Shown here: piece by piece, positions 10,021 through 20,364 of the stretch
How positions within the stretch are numbered: position 1 is the first letter of the stretch
Layout: each line of letters starts with the position of its first letter
Assembly (NCBI GenBank): GCA_041569645.1
Contig: JBFFXR010000001.1
Coordinates: 1-63,768 of the forward strand
Reading direction: 5' to 3'
Length of the DNA: 63,768 nucleotides
DNA from: Gammaproteobacteria bacterium
GTDB lineage: Bacteria; Pseudomonadota; Gammaproteobacteria; GCA-001735895
The notes under the pieces: generated by a model
What the model saw: the letters and a program-made list of their open reading frames with translations, nothing else
What the model was told of the DNA's origin: nothing
The model's database searches: none
Position numbers and translations under genes: made by a program

Positions 10021-13000
10021 CTAGATTTGCGCGAGCAGCGACTTGGCCTCGGCCTTTTGCTCCTCGTTGCCCTCGGAAATGACTTCCTCGAGACTGCCGC
10101 GGGCACCTTCGGTGTCGCCCATGTCGATAAAGGCGCGCGCCAGGTCGAGCTTGGTCGATACCTCGTCGACGTCGTCGGGCAACATCAGGTCGCCGATGTC
10201 GTCGATGTCGTCGATCGACGGCGTGGCCGCGGTCGGCTCGTCGAAATCGCCGGGCGCGAAGGTGCCGGTTTTGACGTCCTCTTCGTCCTCCATGTCGACA
10301 TCGAACGCCAGCGACGCTTCGTCGAGCGACTCGACGACGTCGGTCGGTTCGACGAAATCGTCGCCGCCAAAATCGATGATCGAGATGTCCTCGTCATCGT
10401 CCGGTTCCTCTTCGCCCACCGGCAGCGTGAGATCGCCGGTATCGAGACTGAGCTCGCCGGTTTCGTCGCTGTCGGCAATGGCCGCCATCGTATCGTCCAT
10501 GCCGAGATCGATATCGCTGGCGTCGTCGTCGATCGCCTCGTCCTGGCGCATCGATGGCACGACCTCGGTCTCCTCATAGTTGGGCGTGATGACCGCGGTT
10601 GCGGTGTCCGTCTCGTCGTCGCCCGGCGGCGCGAGCTCTACCGCGTCGTCGTCGGCCATCGATTCGAAATCCGAGTCAAGCGAAAACTCCTCGGTCCCGT
10701 CGAGGTTGAGCACGCCGGTCTCGTCGTCGGCTATGAGTTCGTCGTCGACGGCAAATTCGGTGTCGAGATTCAGCTCCCCGGTCAAATCGAGATCGGCGTC
10801 GGCCGGCGCGGCATCGGTCGCCGCAGCGTCGTCCATCGAAAACTCGAGCTCTTCGCCGATTTCGTCCGGCAGGTCGAGGCTAGTGTCGGCCTCTTCCTCG
10901 GCGCGAATATTGGTATCCTCGTCGTCATCGAGTTGCGGCAGATCGGGTATTTGATCGATCTGCTGGGTCGCCGAGATATTGCCGGCCTCGCCGGCGTTGG
11001 AGGTATCGTCGAAATCGCCGTCGGTGTCTTCCTCGCCGAGCTGGAAGTCCGTGGTCGAGAAATTGGTATCGTCTTCGTCGCCTGAACCGAGATCGAAATC
11101 GGCTTCCTGCGGTTTGGCAATCTCGAGGTCCGCCGCCGACAGGCCGCTATCCTTGGCATCCGAAAACAACGGGTTGTCGGGCGCGAGTTCGTAACCCATG
11201 ACCTGTACCCGATCCCAGTAGCCGGCTCCCGCTTCGCCCATCGACTTGAGGTTTTCGGCTTCCTTGACGAAAGCGTCGACTTTTTGGGTCGCGAAATAGG
11301 TATCCAGTAATTTCGAGCGATAATCGGCGCGTTCCGGGTGTTCGGCGATGTTGCTGTTGAGCAATTCCTCGGCGTTGTCGTAGAGGCCGTAGGCAAGATA
11401 GACATCGACTTCGTTGAGTACGTCGTCCTGCTCGCCGGCGCCGTCGGCCGCGGCCGGCGCCGCCGGCGCCTCGGGCTCGGGCATTTCGACCGCCGAGATT
11501 ACCGCGGTCTTGGCGAGATCTTCGACTTCTTCCTCGACTTCCGCTTGCGTCTCGACTTCCGCCTCGGTCATAAGGTTGGTATCGATTTCTTCCGGCAAGG
11601 CGTCTTCGACCAGATGCACCGGCGTCAACTCCTCGTCATCGTCGACCAGCGTGGCGACGCCGTCGTCGCTGACCATAATGCCGGACTCTTCCTCGGCGCC
11701 GCCGCGGCGCCGCTTGACCAGCAGCAATACGAGCAGCAGCAAGACCACGCCACCGAGCGCAGCCAGAATGATCGGATCGGCAAACATGCCGCCGACTCCG
11801 CCAAGGTCCGCGACGCCACTTAGATCGGGCATCGACGGAATCATGTCGATGATATCGGGCGGCAGGATGCCGTCGAACATCGACGCTGAGCGCGACACCG
11901 GCTCGGTTACGATGACCGGCGCTGGCGGCGGCAACAATTCATTCTGATTCACCTCGGCGACCATTTCGCCGGCCGATGAATCTTCGCCGCTGGCCGATTC
12001 GTCGACTTGCTCTGAGACCAGCTCCTCGCTTTCGCCGTCCGGAAAATCGCTGCCGGCAGCGACCGATTGATCGGCGCGCGCGGCGTCTTCCTCGGCCTGC
12101 GCGGCGGCTTCCTCGGCGAGCAATTCCTCGAGCAATGCTTCTTCCTCGCTTTGCAGTTGCTCGTTGACCGCGATCTCGGCGGCTTCTTCGGCGGCGGCTT
12201 CCTCGGCCACGCTTTCCTCGCTTTCGCCATCCGGAATCTGATCGACCGGCAGCGGCCCCGGCTCGTCGACCTGCGCCTGGCCGGCCTGCAGCTGTGCGAG
12301 GCTGTCATCCTCGATCTCGATCATTTTCTGCAGCTCTTCGAGCTTCGACAGACGCGCCTGCAATTCGGTTATGCGCGACTCGAGTTCGACGTTTTCGATC
12401 CGCGCCGCGTCGAGTTCTTCCTCGGCGAGCGCAAGTTTGGTGCGCAGTTCGTCGATTTCGCCCGGATCGCCGCTGCCGGCACTTTCACTGCTGCCGTCAC
12501 CGGGTACCAGCAGACTCAGCTCGCCGCTGCCGTCGGATTCGGTGGCACTGTCCGCGACCACAGCAGCGTCGTCGGCTGCGGATTCTACCGCCACCGCCGT
12601 ACTGCGACCGGTCACGCGGGCGACATACTCTTCCCACAGGCCGTTTTGCACCAGCACCTCGGCATAGGCTTCGCGCTGACCGAGCGATTGGATTTCGGCG
12701 GCGTCGGGAACGCGCAACACCGCGCCGACCTTCATGTTGTTGATGTTGCCGTCGTTGAACGCGCGCGGATTGGCGCGCTGGAACGCGAGCATGACCTGCG
12801 ACATCGATTGGCCGGGCGCTCTGACGCGCGATGCGATACTCCAAAGTGTGTCGCCCCTAACGACCAAAACATCATCCCGGATGATGTTTTGCGAAGGCGT
12901 GGTAAAAGCGGGTTCGCTGACCGGCTCCGGCTCCGGAGTCGTGTCGCTGAGCGCGATGGGCTCGGTAATAGTTGGCGCCGGCTCGGCGGCGATCGGTGCC

Positions 13001-13512
13001 GGTTGCGTCGGCGTCACGCCGGCCTGTTCGGCGATTTGCGCAACGCTCGGCGCCGCCTCGATCGGCGTCACCGGTTCGACTGCGACCGGTTCGACCGGCG
13101 GCGGCTGGTCGGCAAAAAACGGGGGGTCGAGCAATACCGTGAACTCGCGCAGGACGCGGCCCTTCGACCAGTCGGCTTCGATCAGAAAATTGAGAAAAGG
13201 CTCCTTGACCGCGTCCTTGGTCGTGACGATGATCGTCGCCTCGTCGCCTTCTTCGCTCTTGCGAACCTGGAAGCGCAAGTCGCTCAGGTAGCGCGGACGC
13301 GACAGGCCGGCGCGGGTAAAAGCTTCGCGCGACGCGAGACTGACGAGCAGATCGTCGATTTCACCGGGACGTGCGGAGATGACTTCGATTTCGGCGTTGA
13401 GCGGCTGATTCAGGAAAGACTTGACTTCGATCTCGCCCAGACCCAACGCGAGGCTGTTCGTCGGCAACAAGACCGCCAAACACAAAGCTACTATATGTCC
13501 CAGATTACGCAC
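10021..13512 (-). CDS. fimV: FimV/HubP-family polar scaffold protein
   Basis: GTG start with GGGAGA 7 nt upstream. Features are a signal/TM segment, the FimV N-terminal motif LGLGEIEVKSFLNQPLNAEIEV, a LysM-like segment (VVRGDTLWSIA...), and a mid TM (ILAALGGVVLLLLVLLLV). There are very acidic low-complexity stretches and a C-terminal FimV motif (STKLDLARAFIDMGDTEGAR). It sits in the conserved asd-fimV-truA position. Confidence 0.9.
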   Translation of the reverse strand: MRNLGHIVALCLAVLLPTNSLALGLGEIEVKSFLNQPLNAEIEVISARPGEIDDLLVSLASREAFTRAGLSRPRYLSDLRFQVRKSEEGDEATIIVTTKDAVKEPFLNFLIEADWSKGRVLREFTVLLDPPFFADQPPPVEPVAVEPVTPIEAAPSVAQIAEQAGVTPTQPAPIAAEPAPTITEPIALSDTTPEPEPVSEPAFTTPSQNIIRDDVLVVRGDTLWSIASRVRAPGQSMSQVMLAFQRANPRAFNDGNINNMKVGAVLRVPDAAEIQSLGQREAYAEVLVQNGLWEEYVARVTGRSTAVAVESAADDAAVVADSATESDGSGELSLLVPGDGSSESAGSGDPGEIDELRTKLALAEEELDAARIENVELESRITELQARLSKLEELQKMIEIEDDSLAQLQAGQAQVDEPGPLPVDQIPDGESEESVAEEAAAEEAAEIAVNEQLQSEEEALLEELLAEEAAAQAEEDAARADQSVAAGSDFPDGESEELVSEQVDESASGEDSSAGEMVAEVNQNELLPPPAPVIVTEPVSRSASMFDGILPPDIIDMIPSMPDLSGVADLGGVGGMFADPIILAALGGVVLLLLVLLLVKRRRGGAEEESGIMVSDDGVATLVDDDEELTPVHLVEDALPEEIDTNLMTEAEVETQAEVEEEVEDLAKTAVISAVEMPEPEAPAAPAAADGAGEQDDVLNEVDVYLAYGLYDNAEELLNSNIAEHPERADYRSKLLDTYFATQKVDAFVKEAENLKSMGEAGAGYWDRVQVMGYELAPDNPLFSDAKDSGLSAADLEIAKPQEADFDLGSGDEDDTNFSTTDFQLGEEDTDGDFDDTSNAGEAGNISATQQIDQIPDLPQLDDDEDTNIRAEEEADTSLDLPDEIGEELEFSMDDAAATDAAPADADLDLTGELNLDTEFAVDDELIADDETGVLNLDGTEEFSLDSDFESMADDDAVELAPPGDDETDTATAVITPNYEETEVVPSMRQDEAIDDDASDIDLGMDDTMAAIADSDETGELSLDTGDLTLPVGEEEPDDDEDISIIDFGGDDFVEPTDVVESLDEASLAFDVDMEDEEDVKTGTFAPGDFDEPTAATPSIDDIDDIGDLMLPDDVDEVSTKLDLARAFIDMGDTEGARGSLEEVISEGNEEQKAEAKSLLAQI

Positions 13513-13700
13513 GTTTAAGTCTCCCAGCTCCCCAACCTGTGTTGTTATAAAAAGTGCCTAAATCCATGCACCTATGGTGGCAGTTAGAGAATTTACTTTA
13601 AAGAAAGCACTTTCACAAGCAGATGTAAATATAGATTATAGATAAGAATTTAGCAAAAAATCGCTAACATTTACGTAATTCGTCGCCAATCCGTATCCGA
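13513..13700 (-). promoter_or_regulatory. AT-rich island upstream of fimV (probable promoter / nucleoid-protein binding region)
   Basis: I counted 42 G+C in the 140 nt from 13541 to 13680 (30%), against a visibly GC-rich background. The island lies directly 5' of the fimV start. No unambiguous -35/-10 pair was assigned. Confidence 0.4.
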
Positions 13701-14586
13701 TCGGGTCTGCGAGCATCCAGAATTGCAGGCTTGTAGGTTGGGTCGGTGCTTGTTCAACGTGGCTTATAGCACAGCTCCGGGCATGATGACAGTCGGATAG
13801 TGTACTGAACGCCTGTTGTCCAATATTCACGCCGTCGAGTTTCGCGAGCCGGCTCAGGCAGGCCGACGGATCGACCGCTTCGGTAAAGCGCAGCTGCAGC
13901 GCCGCGGCCAATCCGTGAAAAACCGGCACGCTGACGCTTTGCACGCTGATCGCATCGCCGTCGAGCCCGGTCAGGCGCGCCAGATCGGCGCCGACGCGCG
14001 GGTCGTTCGCCTCGGCGAGCAGGTCGAAAGCGAGGCGCGCCGGGAACACCCCGGCGTGGGCCTCGCGCGAATTGAGCAGATCGATCGTCTGCGTCGCCAA
14101 TTCGTCGACCCCGGCCTTGCCGCGAAACTCGGCGCTGTACAGCAAAACGGTCGAAATCCCGCGCAGCGGCGCGAGCCCGCCGAGCGCGTGCAATACCGGT
14201 ATCAGGCACGCGGTCGCCGGCCCGACGAGACGCAGTCGCGTGCTACCGACCGGAGGCGGCGTGGTTTCGCCGCCGGCGTCGAGATGGAACAGCTCGGCTT
14301 CGTCGGCCAGCCGATGTCCGACGACCAGGCAACCGGCGGCCTCGGCGCGCCGCGCGAGCTCCGCGTCATCCTCCGGCAGCAACAGCAACGCGCAGTCGTC
14401 GAATTCGAAATCCGCCTGGGTCTGCGTCGTCTGCGAGGCCTTGCCGTAGCGCAGCCGCGCGCCGGCACGCATCTCGACGTCGAGCAAGACCAGCGCGTCC
14501 GCCGGGTAGCCGGTCGCGGCAAGCTTTTCGAGGACCGCCTCGGCAACGGGCGAGCCGGCATGGGCCAGCGCTATGCGCAGATTCAT
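13636..14586 (-). CDS. aspartate-semialdehyde dehydrogenase paralog (USG-1-like)
   Basis: 316 aa with a semialdehyde-dehydrogenase fold pattern. Its ATG overlaps the asd stop by 1 nt. It holds the same position as the asd-like gene between asd and fimV in Pseudomonas. Confidence 0.75.
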   Translation of the reverse strand: MNLRIALAHAGSPVAEAVLEKLAATGYPADALVLLDVEMRAGARLRYGKASQTTQTQADFEFDDCALLLLPEDDAELARRAEAAGCLVVGHRLADEAELFHLDAGGETTPPPVGSTRLRLVGPATACLIPVLHALGGLAPLRGISTVLLYSAEFRGKAGVDELATQTIDLLNSREAHAGVFPARLAFDLLAEANDPRVGADLARLTGLDGDAISVQSVSVPVFHGLAAALQLRFTEAVDPSACLSRLAKLDGVNIGQQAFSTLSDCHHARSCAISHVEQAPTQPTSLQFWMLADPIGYGLATNYVNVSDFLLNSYL

Positions 14587-15701
14587 CAGGCCTCAAGCAG
14601 GATGTTCAGCATGCGCCGCAGCGGTTCGGCGGCGCCCCACAGCAGCTGATCGCCGACGGTAAAAGCCGCCAGGTACTCGTTGCCGATATTGAGCTTGCGC
14701 AGCCGGCCGATCGGGATCTCGAGTGAACCGGTTACCGCCGCCGGCGACAGCGCCGCCATGCTCGCGTCGCGCTCATTGGGGATGACCCTGACCCAGTCGT
14801 TACCGGCGGCCAGGATTTCGTGGACCTCGTCCAGCGGGATATCGCGCTTCAACTTGACCGTAAGGGCTTGCGAATGGCAACGCATCGCGCCGACGCGCAC
14901 GCACAGACCGTCGATCGGAATCGCTGCATCTTCACGGCCGAGAATCTTGTTGGCCTCTGCCTGGGCCTTCCATTCCTCGCGGCTCTGGCCGTTTTCCAGC
15001 TGCGCGTCGATCCACGGGATCAGGCTGCCGGCAAGCGGCACGCCGAATTCGGCGCGCGGAAAGTCGTCGCCGCGCAGCTGGCTGGTAACGCGGCGATCGA
15101 TTTCGAGAATCGCCGCCGCCGGATCGTCGAGCAAGTCGGCGACGCTCGCATGCAGGCTGCCCATGCCGGCGAGCAGTTCGCGCATGTGACGCGCGCCGCC
15201 GCCCGAGGCCGCCTGGTAGGTCATGACGCTCGCCCATTCGACCAGGTCCTGCTTGAGCAGGCCCGCCATCCCCATCATCATCAGGCTGACCGTACAATTG
15301 CCGCCGATGAAATCCTTGCACCCCGCGCCGAGCGCTCTTTCGATGACGTCGCGATTGACCGGGTCGAGCACGATGACCGCATGCCCGGCCATTCGCAGCG
15401 CCGATGCGGCGTCGATCCAGTAGCCCTGCCAGCCGCTGCCGCGCAGGTCGGCATAGACCTGTTTGGTGTAATCGCCGCCCTGGCAGCTGACGATCGCATC
15501 CATCGCCTTGAGTTCGTCGAAATCGGTCGCATCCTTCAACGACGGCAGATCGCGGCCGATGTCGGGCGCCGCCTGACCGGCCTGCGAGGTGGTAAAGAAC
15601 ACCGGTTCGGCGATGCGGTCGAAATCGCGCTCGGCGAGCATGCGCTCGAGCAATACCGAACCGACCATGCCGCGCCAGCCGACGAATCCGATTCTGTTCA
15701 T
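14586..15701 (-). CDS. asd: aspartate-semialdehyde dehydrogenase
   Basis: [16 protein letters not shown]-terminus and the active-site motif GGNCTVS; 371 aa. Confidence 0.96.
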   Translation of the reverse strand: MNRIGFVGWRGMVGSVLLERMLAERDFDRIAEPVFFTTSQAGQAAPDIGRDLPSLKDATDFDELKAMDAIVSCQGGDYTKQVYADLRGSGWQGYWIDAASALRMAGHAVIVLDPVNRDVIERALGAGCKDFIGGNCTVSLMMMGMAGLLKQDLVEWASVMTYQAASGGGARHMRELLAGMGSLHASVADLLDDPAAAILEIDRRVTSQLRGDDFPRAEFGVPLAGSLIPWIDAQLENGQSREEWKAQAEANKILGREDAAIPIDGLCVRVGAMRCHSQALTVKLKRDIPLDEVHEILAAGNDWVRVIPNERDASMAALSPAAVTGSLEIPIGRLRKLNIGNEYLAAFTVGDQLLWGAAEPLRRMLNILLEA

Positions 15702-15726
15702 GGTTCAATCTCCTTGGATTTGATCC

Positions 15727-16809
15727 TCAGGCGAGCTCGCGTAACGCCGCGACTACCGCGTCGCCCATCTCGGCGGTACTGACGCTTCGCCCGCCGTCGG
15801 CGATATCGAGGGTGCGAAAACCCTGGTTGAGGACGTTGCCAACCGCGGTTTCGATACTCGCGGCCAGCCGCGGCTGCTTCAGGCTGTAGCGTAACAGCAT
15901 CGCCAGCGACAGAATCGTCGCCAGCGGGTTGGCCAGCCCCTGGCCGGCGATGTCGGGCGCCGAACCGTGCACCGGCTCGTACAGGCCCTTGCCATCGGCA
16001 TCGAGCGAGGCCGACGGCAGCATGCCGATCGAGCCGGTCAGCATCGCAGCGGTATCCGACAGGATATCGCCGAACAGGTTCGACGTGACGATGACATCAA
16101 ACTGTTTCGGCGCGCGCACCAGTTGCATCGAGGCATTGTCGACGTACAGATGCGATAGCCCGACCTCGGGATAGTCGGCGGCGACGCGCGTGACGACCTC
16201 GCGCCACAGCTCGGAAACCTCGAGCACGTTGGCCTTGTCGACCGAGCACAGTTTGCGATTGCGCAGCATCGCGATGTCGAATGCCGAGCGCGCGATGCGC
16301 TCGATTTCAGGCTCGGCGTAAACCATTGTATTGAAGGCTTCGCGCTCGCCGCCGTCGAGTTCGCGAATCCCGCGCGGCTCGCCGAAGTAGATACCGCCGA
16401 CGAGTTCGCGCACGATCATGATGTCGAGTCCGGCGACCAGCTCGTTCTTGAGACTCGAGGCCTCGGCGAGCTGCGGATACAGAATCGCCGGGCGCAGATT
16501 CGAAAACAGGCCGAGCTCGGCACGCAGGCGGAGCAGCCCGCGCTCCGGGCGCAATTCACGCTCGAGCCGATCGTACTCGGGACCGCCGATCGCACCGAAC
16601 AGGATCGCGTCGGCCGCGCGGCACAATTCCAGCGTCGCCGGCGGCAGCGGATCGCCGTGCTGCTCGTAGCCGGCGCCGCCAATCGCGGCCGATTCGAGGT
16701 CGGCCTCGAGCGAAAAATCCGTACGCAGACAATCGAGCACCTTGAGCGCCTCGGCGACGATCTCGGGACCGATGCCGTCGCCGGCCAGAACCGCGATGCA
16801 CGCGCTCAC
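15727..16809 (-). CDS. leuB: 3-isopropylmalate dehydrogenase
   Basis: The GTG at 16809 overlaps the leuD stop (GTGA) and gives [17 protein letters not shown]..., 360 aa. The 588-aa ORF in the track is an artefactual upstream extension through leuD. Confidence 0.93.
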   Translation of the reverse strand: MSACIAVLAGDGIGPEIVAEALKVLDCLRTDFSLEADLESAAIGGAGYEQHGDPLPPATLELCRAADAILFGAIGGPEYDRLERELRPERGLLRLRAELGLFSNLRPAILYPQLAEASSLKNELVAGLDIMIVRELVGGIYFGEPRGIRELDGGEREAFNTMVYAEPEIERIARSAFDIAMLRNRKLCSVDKANVLEVSELWREVVTRVAADYPEVGLSHLYVDNASMQLVRAPKQFDVIVTSNLFGDILSDTAAMLTGSIGMLPSASLDADGKGLYEPVHGSAPDIAGQGLANPLATILSLAMLLRYSLKQPRLAASIETAVGNVLNQGFRTLDIADGGRSVSTAEMGDAVVAALRELA

Positions 16810-17453
16810 GCGGTGCCTCGTTTGAGCCACGGCAGGCGTTCGTAGTATTGCGCCTCGAAGGCGCGGATCGCGTCGGCATGCTGCATCGTCAGGCCGATGT
16901 CGTCGAAACCGTTCAACAGGCAATACTTGCGGAACGCATCGATCTCGAAGGCCATCTCGGAGCCGTCGGGCGTGCGCACGCGTTGCGTTTCGAGATCGAT
17001 CGCGAGGCGGTATCCCTCGTGCCGCGCGAGCTCGGCGAACAGTTGCTCGACCTGGTCGGCCGGCAGCGCGACCGGCAACAGCCCGTTCTTGAACGAATTG
17101 TTGTAGAAAATATCGGCGAAACTCGGCGCAATCACGGCGCGGATCCCGAAGTCCATCAGCGCCCAGACCGCGTGTTCGCGCGAAGAACCGCAGGCGAAGT
17201 TTTCCCGCGCAAGCAGAATTCGGGCCTGATCGTAGGGCGACCGGTTGAGCACGAAGTCGGGATTCCTGCGACGCGCGGAATGGTCTTGCCCGGGCTCGCC
17301 GGGATCGAGATAACGCCAGTCGTCGAACAGGTTGACGCCGAAACCGGCGCGCTTGATCGACTTGAGGTATTGCTTCGGGATGATCGCGTCGGTGTCGATA
17401 TTGGCGCGATCGATGCCGGCGACTATACCTTCGAGAGTGGTAAATTTTTCCAT
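16806..17453 (-). CDS. leuD: 3-isopropylmalate dehydratase small subunit
   Basis: ATG at 17453 ([28 protein letters not shown]...), 215 aa, starting 2 nt after the leuC stop. Confidence 0.95.
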   Translation of the reverse strand: MEKFTTLEGIVAGIDRANIDTDAIIPKQYLKSIKRAGFGVNLFDDWRYLDPGEPGQDHSARRRNPDFVLNRSPYDQARILLARENFACGSSREHAVWALMDFGIRAVIAPSFADIFYNNSFKNGLLPVALPADQVEQLFAELARHEGYRLAIDLETQRVRTPDGSEMAFEIDAFRKYCLLNGFDDIGLTMQHADAIRAFEAQYYERLPWLKRGTA

Positions 17454-17455
17454 CG

Positions 17456-18865
17456 CTAGTCTCCGCTCGCGCGCAGGTCGACGAAGTGGCCATTGACCGC
17501 GGCGGCGGCGGCCATCGCCGGCGACACCAGATGGGTGCGTCCGCCCTGCCCCTGGCGACCCTCGAAATTGCGGTTCGACGTCGACGCGCAGCGTTCGCCC
17601 GGCGCCAACCGGTCGGCGTTCATGCCGAGGCACATCGAGCAGCCAGGTTCGCGCCATTCGAAGCCGGCTTCGACGAAAATCCGGTCGAGGCCCTCGGACT
17701 CGGCCTGCTGCTTGATCAGCCCCGAACCGGGCACGACCAGCGCGAGCTTGATGTTGTCGGCGACGCGCCGGCCCCTGACGACGCTGGCCGCGGCGCGCAG
17801 GTCTTCGATACGGGAATTGGTGCAGGAGCCGATGAATACCTTGTCGAGATAAATCTGCTGTACCGGCGTATCCGGTTCGAGATCCATGTAGGCGAGCGCC
17901 TTGCGCATGCCGTCGGCCCTGATCGGATCGCTCTCGAGCGCCGGATCGGGCACCCGGCCGTCGACACCGGTAACCATTTCCGGCGACGTGCCCCAGGTCA
18001 CCTGCGGCGCGATCGCGCGCGCGTCGATGACGACTTCGCGGTCGAACACCGCGTCGGGGTCGGAGTGCAGCTCGCGCCAGAATTCGACCGCGCGCTGCCA
18101 GTCGTCGCCCCGCGGCGCAAACGGCCGGCCGGCGATGTAATCGAGCGTCGTCTGATCGCAGGCGATCAGCCCGGCGCGCGCGCCGGCCTCGATCGTCATG
18201 TTGCAAACCGTCATGCGGCCTTCCATCGACAGGTTTTCGATCGCTTCGCCGGCAAACTCGATGGTGTGACCGGTGCCCCCGGCGGTACCGATTTCGCCGA
18301 TGATGTGCAGCACGATGTCCTTGGCGGTGACGCCGGAGCCGACGCTGCCTTCGACACGCACGCGCATGTTTTTCGATTTTTTCTGGATCAGGCACTGGGT
18401 GGCCATCACGTGTTCGACTTCCGAGGTACCGATGCCGAACGCGAGCGCGGCGAAGGCGCCGTGCGTCGAGGTATGCGAATCGCCGCAAACCACGGTCATG
18501 CCGGGCAGCGTCGCGCCCTGCTCGGGCCCGATCACGTGGACAATGCCCTGGCGCGCGTCGCCCATCTTGAATTCGGTCAGCGCGTACTTGTCGCAATTGC
18601 CGTCCAGCGTGTCGACCTGCAGCCGCGCGACCGGATCGTCGATGCCGTTTTCGAGCCCGGTGGTCGGCACGTTGTGGTCCGGCACCGCGAGAATCGACTG
18701 CTTGCGCCACAGCGCGCGGCCGGCCAGCTCGAGGCCCTCGAAGGCCTGCGGAGATGTCACTTCGTGCACGAGGTGGCGATCGATGTACAGCAGCGCGGTA
18801 CCGTCGTCATCGCGGCGCACCTCGTGTAAATCCCAGATCTTGTCGTACAGCGTTTTTCCGGCCAT
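17456..18865 (-). CDS. leuC: 3-isopropylmalate dehydratase large subunit
   Basis: Aconitase-family protein of 469 aa with cluster-ligand cysteines ([15 protein letters not shown]). Confidence 0.96.
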   Translation of the reverse strand: MAGKTLYDKIWDLHEVRRDDDGTALLYIDRHLVHEVTSPQAFEGLELAGRALWRKQSILAVPDHNVPTTGLENGIDDPVARLQVDTLDGNCDKYALTEFKMGDARQGIVHVIGPEQGATLPGMTVVCGDSHTSTHGAFAALAFGIGTSEVEHVMATQCLIQKKSKNMRVRVEGSVGSGVTAKDIVLHIIGEIGTAGGTGHTIEFAGEAIENLSMEGRMTVCNMTIEAGARAGLIACDQTTLDYIAGRPFAPRGDDWQRAVEFWRELHSDPDAVFDREVVIDARAIAPQVTWGTSPEMVTGVDGRVPDPALESDPIRADGMRKALAYMDLEPDTPVQQIYLDKVFIGSCTNSRIEDLRAAASVVRGRRVADNIKLALVVPGSGLIKQQAESEGLDRIFVEAGFEWREPGCSMCLGMNADRLAPGERCASTSNRNFEGRQGQGGRTHLVSPAMAAAAAVNGHFVDLRASGD

Positions 18866-18956
18866 CGCGGTTGTCCGATATAAATTTGCGCAATTCTACG
18901 CCGATGCCTAAAATAACTCTAATTCATTATTTTCATAATTTTAATAACTAAATAGA
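18866..18956. promoter_or_regulatory. AT-rich divergent control region between leuC and a LysR-family gene
   Basis: The 91-bp spacer is strongly AT-rich and contains the inverted repeat AATAA-N10-TTATT (18911..18930), compatible with a LysR-type operator. No Leu-rich leader peptide is present. Confidence 0.4.
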
Positions 18957-19859
18957 ATGCAACTCGCACAGATTCACGCCTTCATCGCGGTCGCCGAGCT
19001 CGAATCCTTTTCGCTGGCGGCCGAACGGCTGCACCTGACCCAGCCGGCAATCAGCAAGCGCATTCACCAGCTCGAGCTGGAGCTGCGCACCGAACTGTTC
19101 GACCGCCTCGGCAAGCGCAGCCTGCTGACGCCCAACGGCAAAGCTTTCAAACCGCACGCCGAGCGCATGCTGCACGAGCTTGCGGCTTTCCGCTCCGGCC
19201 TGAGCCGGCAGCTCGACGCGCCGTCCGGCAGCCTCAGCTTTGCGACCAGCCACCACATCGGCCTGCACCGCTTGCCGCAGGTATTGCGCGAATTCAAGAT
19301 TCGTTATCCGCTGGTCGAACTGGACCTGCAGTTCATGGATTCGGAGGACGCCTGCGCCGCGGTGCTCGACAACGAACTCGAGCTCGCGGTCGTCACGCTG
19401 CCCGAATTGCCCGACGCCCGCCTCGCCTGCGAACCGGTCTGGATCGACCGGCTGGTGGTCGTCGTCGCCGGCGATCATCCACTCGCCGAGGTTGCCACGC
19501 TCGACGCCGCGGCACTGCTCGATCACCCGGCGATCCTGCCGTCTCGCGGAACCTTCACCCGCCGCATCATCAACCAGACCTTCGCCGGCGCCGAGGATCG
19601 CCTGCACATCGCGCTCGAAACCAATTATCTCGAAACCATCAAGGTCATGGTTGCGGCGAATCTCGGCTGGAGCATCTTGCCGCTGAGCATGGTCGATTCG
19701 ACCCTCCGCGGCATACCGCTTTCCGGTCTCGAGGTCCGCCGACCGCTCGGCATCGTGACGCGCCGCGAGCGCACCCTGTCGCTGTCGTCCAGCGTGATGA
19801 TTGGCCTGCTGCGCGAGCGCTCCGAAGCACTCCGCGAGGCCAGGGTCAAGCGCAACTAG
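18957..19859 (+). CDS. LysR-family transcriptional regulator
   Basis: N-terminal wHTH (FSLAAERLHLTQPAISKRIHQLE) plus a LysR substrate-binding domain; 300 aa, divergent from leuC. Confidence 0.9.
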   Translation: MQLAQIHAFIAVAELESFSLAAERLHLTQPAISKRIHQLELELRTELFDRLGKRSLLTPNGKAFKPHAERMLHELAAFRSGLSRQLDAPSGSLSFATSHHIGLHRLPQVLREFKIRYPLVELDLQFMDSEDACAAVLDNELELAVVTLPELPDARLACEPVWIDRLVVVVAGDHPLAEVATLDAAALLDHPAILPSRGTFTRRIINQTFAGAEDRLHIALETNYLETIKVMVAANLGWSILPLSMVDSTLRGIPLSGLEVRRPLGIVTRRERTLSLSSSVMIGLLRERSEALREARVKRN

Positions 19860-19921
19860 TTCACCTGCAAAGCTAAATATTTGCTGCTATATTCAGCGCA
19901 ATTCCAATCCAGGAGAAACCA

Positions 19922-20305
19922 ATGCGTTCGATACTTAATTCCGTGGCAATCTGCTTGTTGCTGGTCGCGAGTTTTCCGGCCGCCGCCGGCCAAGTCAGCC
20001 GCGCGATGTTTACGGTCGGGGTCGAGGATCGCGAACCGGTACTCAAGGTCGACAGCATCAACAGCAACTCGTACAAGCAGATCTCGTTTTTCACCGAGTT
20101 GATGGACCACGAGGGCGATAACGTCACCCACCAGTGGGTCTACGGCGGCAAGGTCATGTTCGAAAAGACCTTCGAAGTGCGTGGTCCGCGCTGGCGAGTC
20201 TGGACCAGCAAGTCGTTGCAGCCGGAATGGACCGGACTCTGGTCGGTCAACGTTCTCGACCAGGATCGCAAGGTGCTGGCAACCAAGTCGTTCGATTACC
20301 AGTAA
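19922..20305 (+). CDS. secreted DUF2914-domain protein
   Basis: SD AGGAGA 6 nt upstream and a signal peptide (AICLLLVASFPAAAGQ). It shows a DUF2914-like pattern (VTHQWVYGGK...RWRVWTSK...GLWSVNVLD). Confidence 0.7.
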   Translation: MRSILNSVAICLLLVASFPAAAGQVSRAMFTVGVEDREPVLKVDSINSNSYKQISFFTELMDHEGDNVTHQWVYGGKVMFEKTFEVRGPRWRVWTSKSLQPEWTGLWSVNVLDQDRKVLATKSFDYQ

Positions 20306-20322
20306 TCGCGCGAAGCTTCAGC

Positions 20323-20352
20323 GAAGCCCCGCCCTGGCGGGGCTTTTTTTTT
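20323..20352 (+). terminator. rho-independent terminator after the DUF2914 gene
   Basis: Stem AGCCCCGCC / GGCGGGGCT with a 3-nt loop, followed by a run of nine T. Confidence 0.85.
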
Positions 20353-20364
20353 GGCACGGCGCCT

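Noticed and set aside
10021-13512. Repetitive acidic DNA in fimV as a possible tandem-repeat array or CRISPR-like structure.
   Set aside because: The repeats are imperfect, in-frame and codon-level (Asp/Glu/Ala codons). There are no constant-length direct repeats with unique spacers, so this is protein low complexity rather than an array.
15727-18710. Very long track ORFs (588 aa and 634 aa) that would fuse leuB with leuD, and leuD with leuC.
   Set aside because: The N-terminal portions are out-of-frame read-through of the upstream genes. Internal starts (GTG 16809, ATG 17453) give canonical lengths and 1- to 4-nt coupling junctions. The same logic was applied to trpF, rng, rlmH, rsfS, lptE, the cupin, the amine dehydrogenase, the LysR gene and the vWA gene.
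18866-18956. A leucine leader peptide or attenuator upstream of leuC.
   Set aside because: The only mini-ORF on the minus strand is ATGAAAATAATGAATTAG (MKIMN), which has no Leu codons. No terminator/antiterminator pair is visible. The adjacent divergent LysR gene is a more likely regulator.
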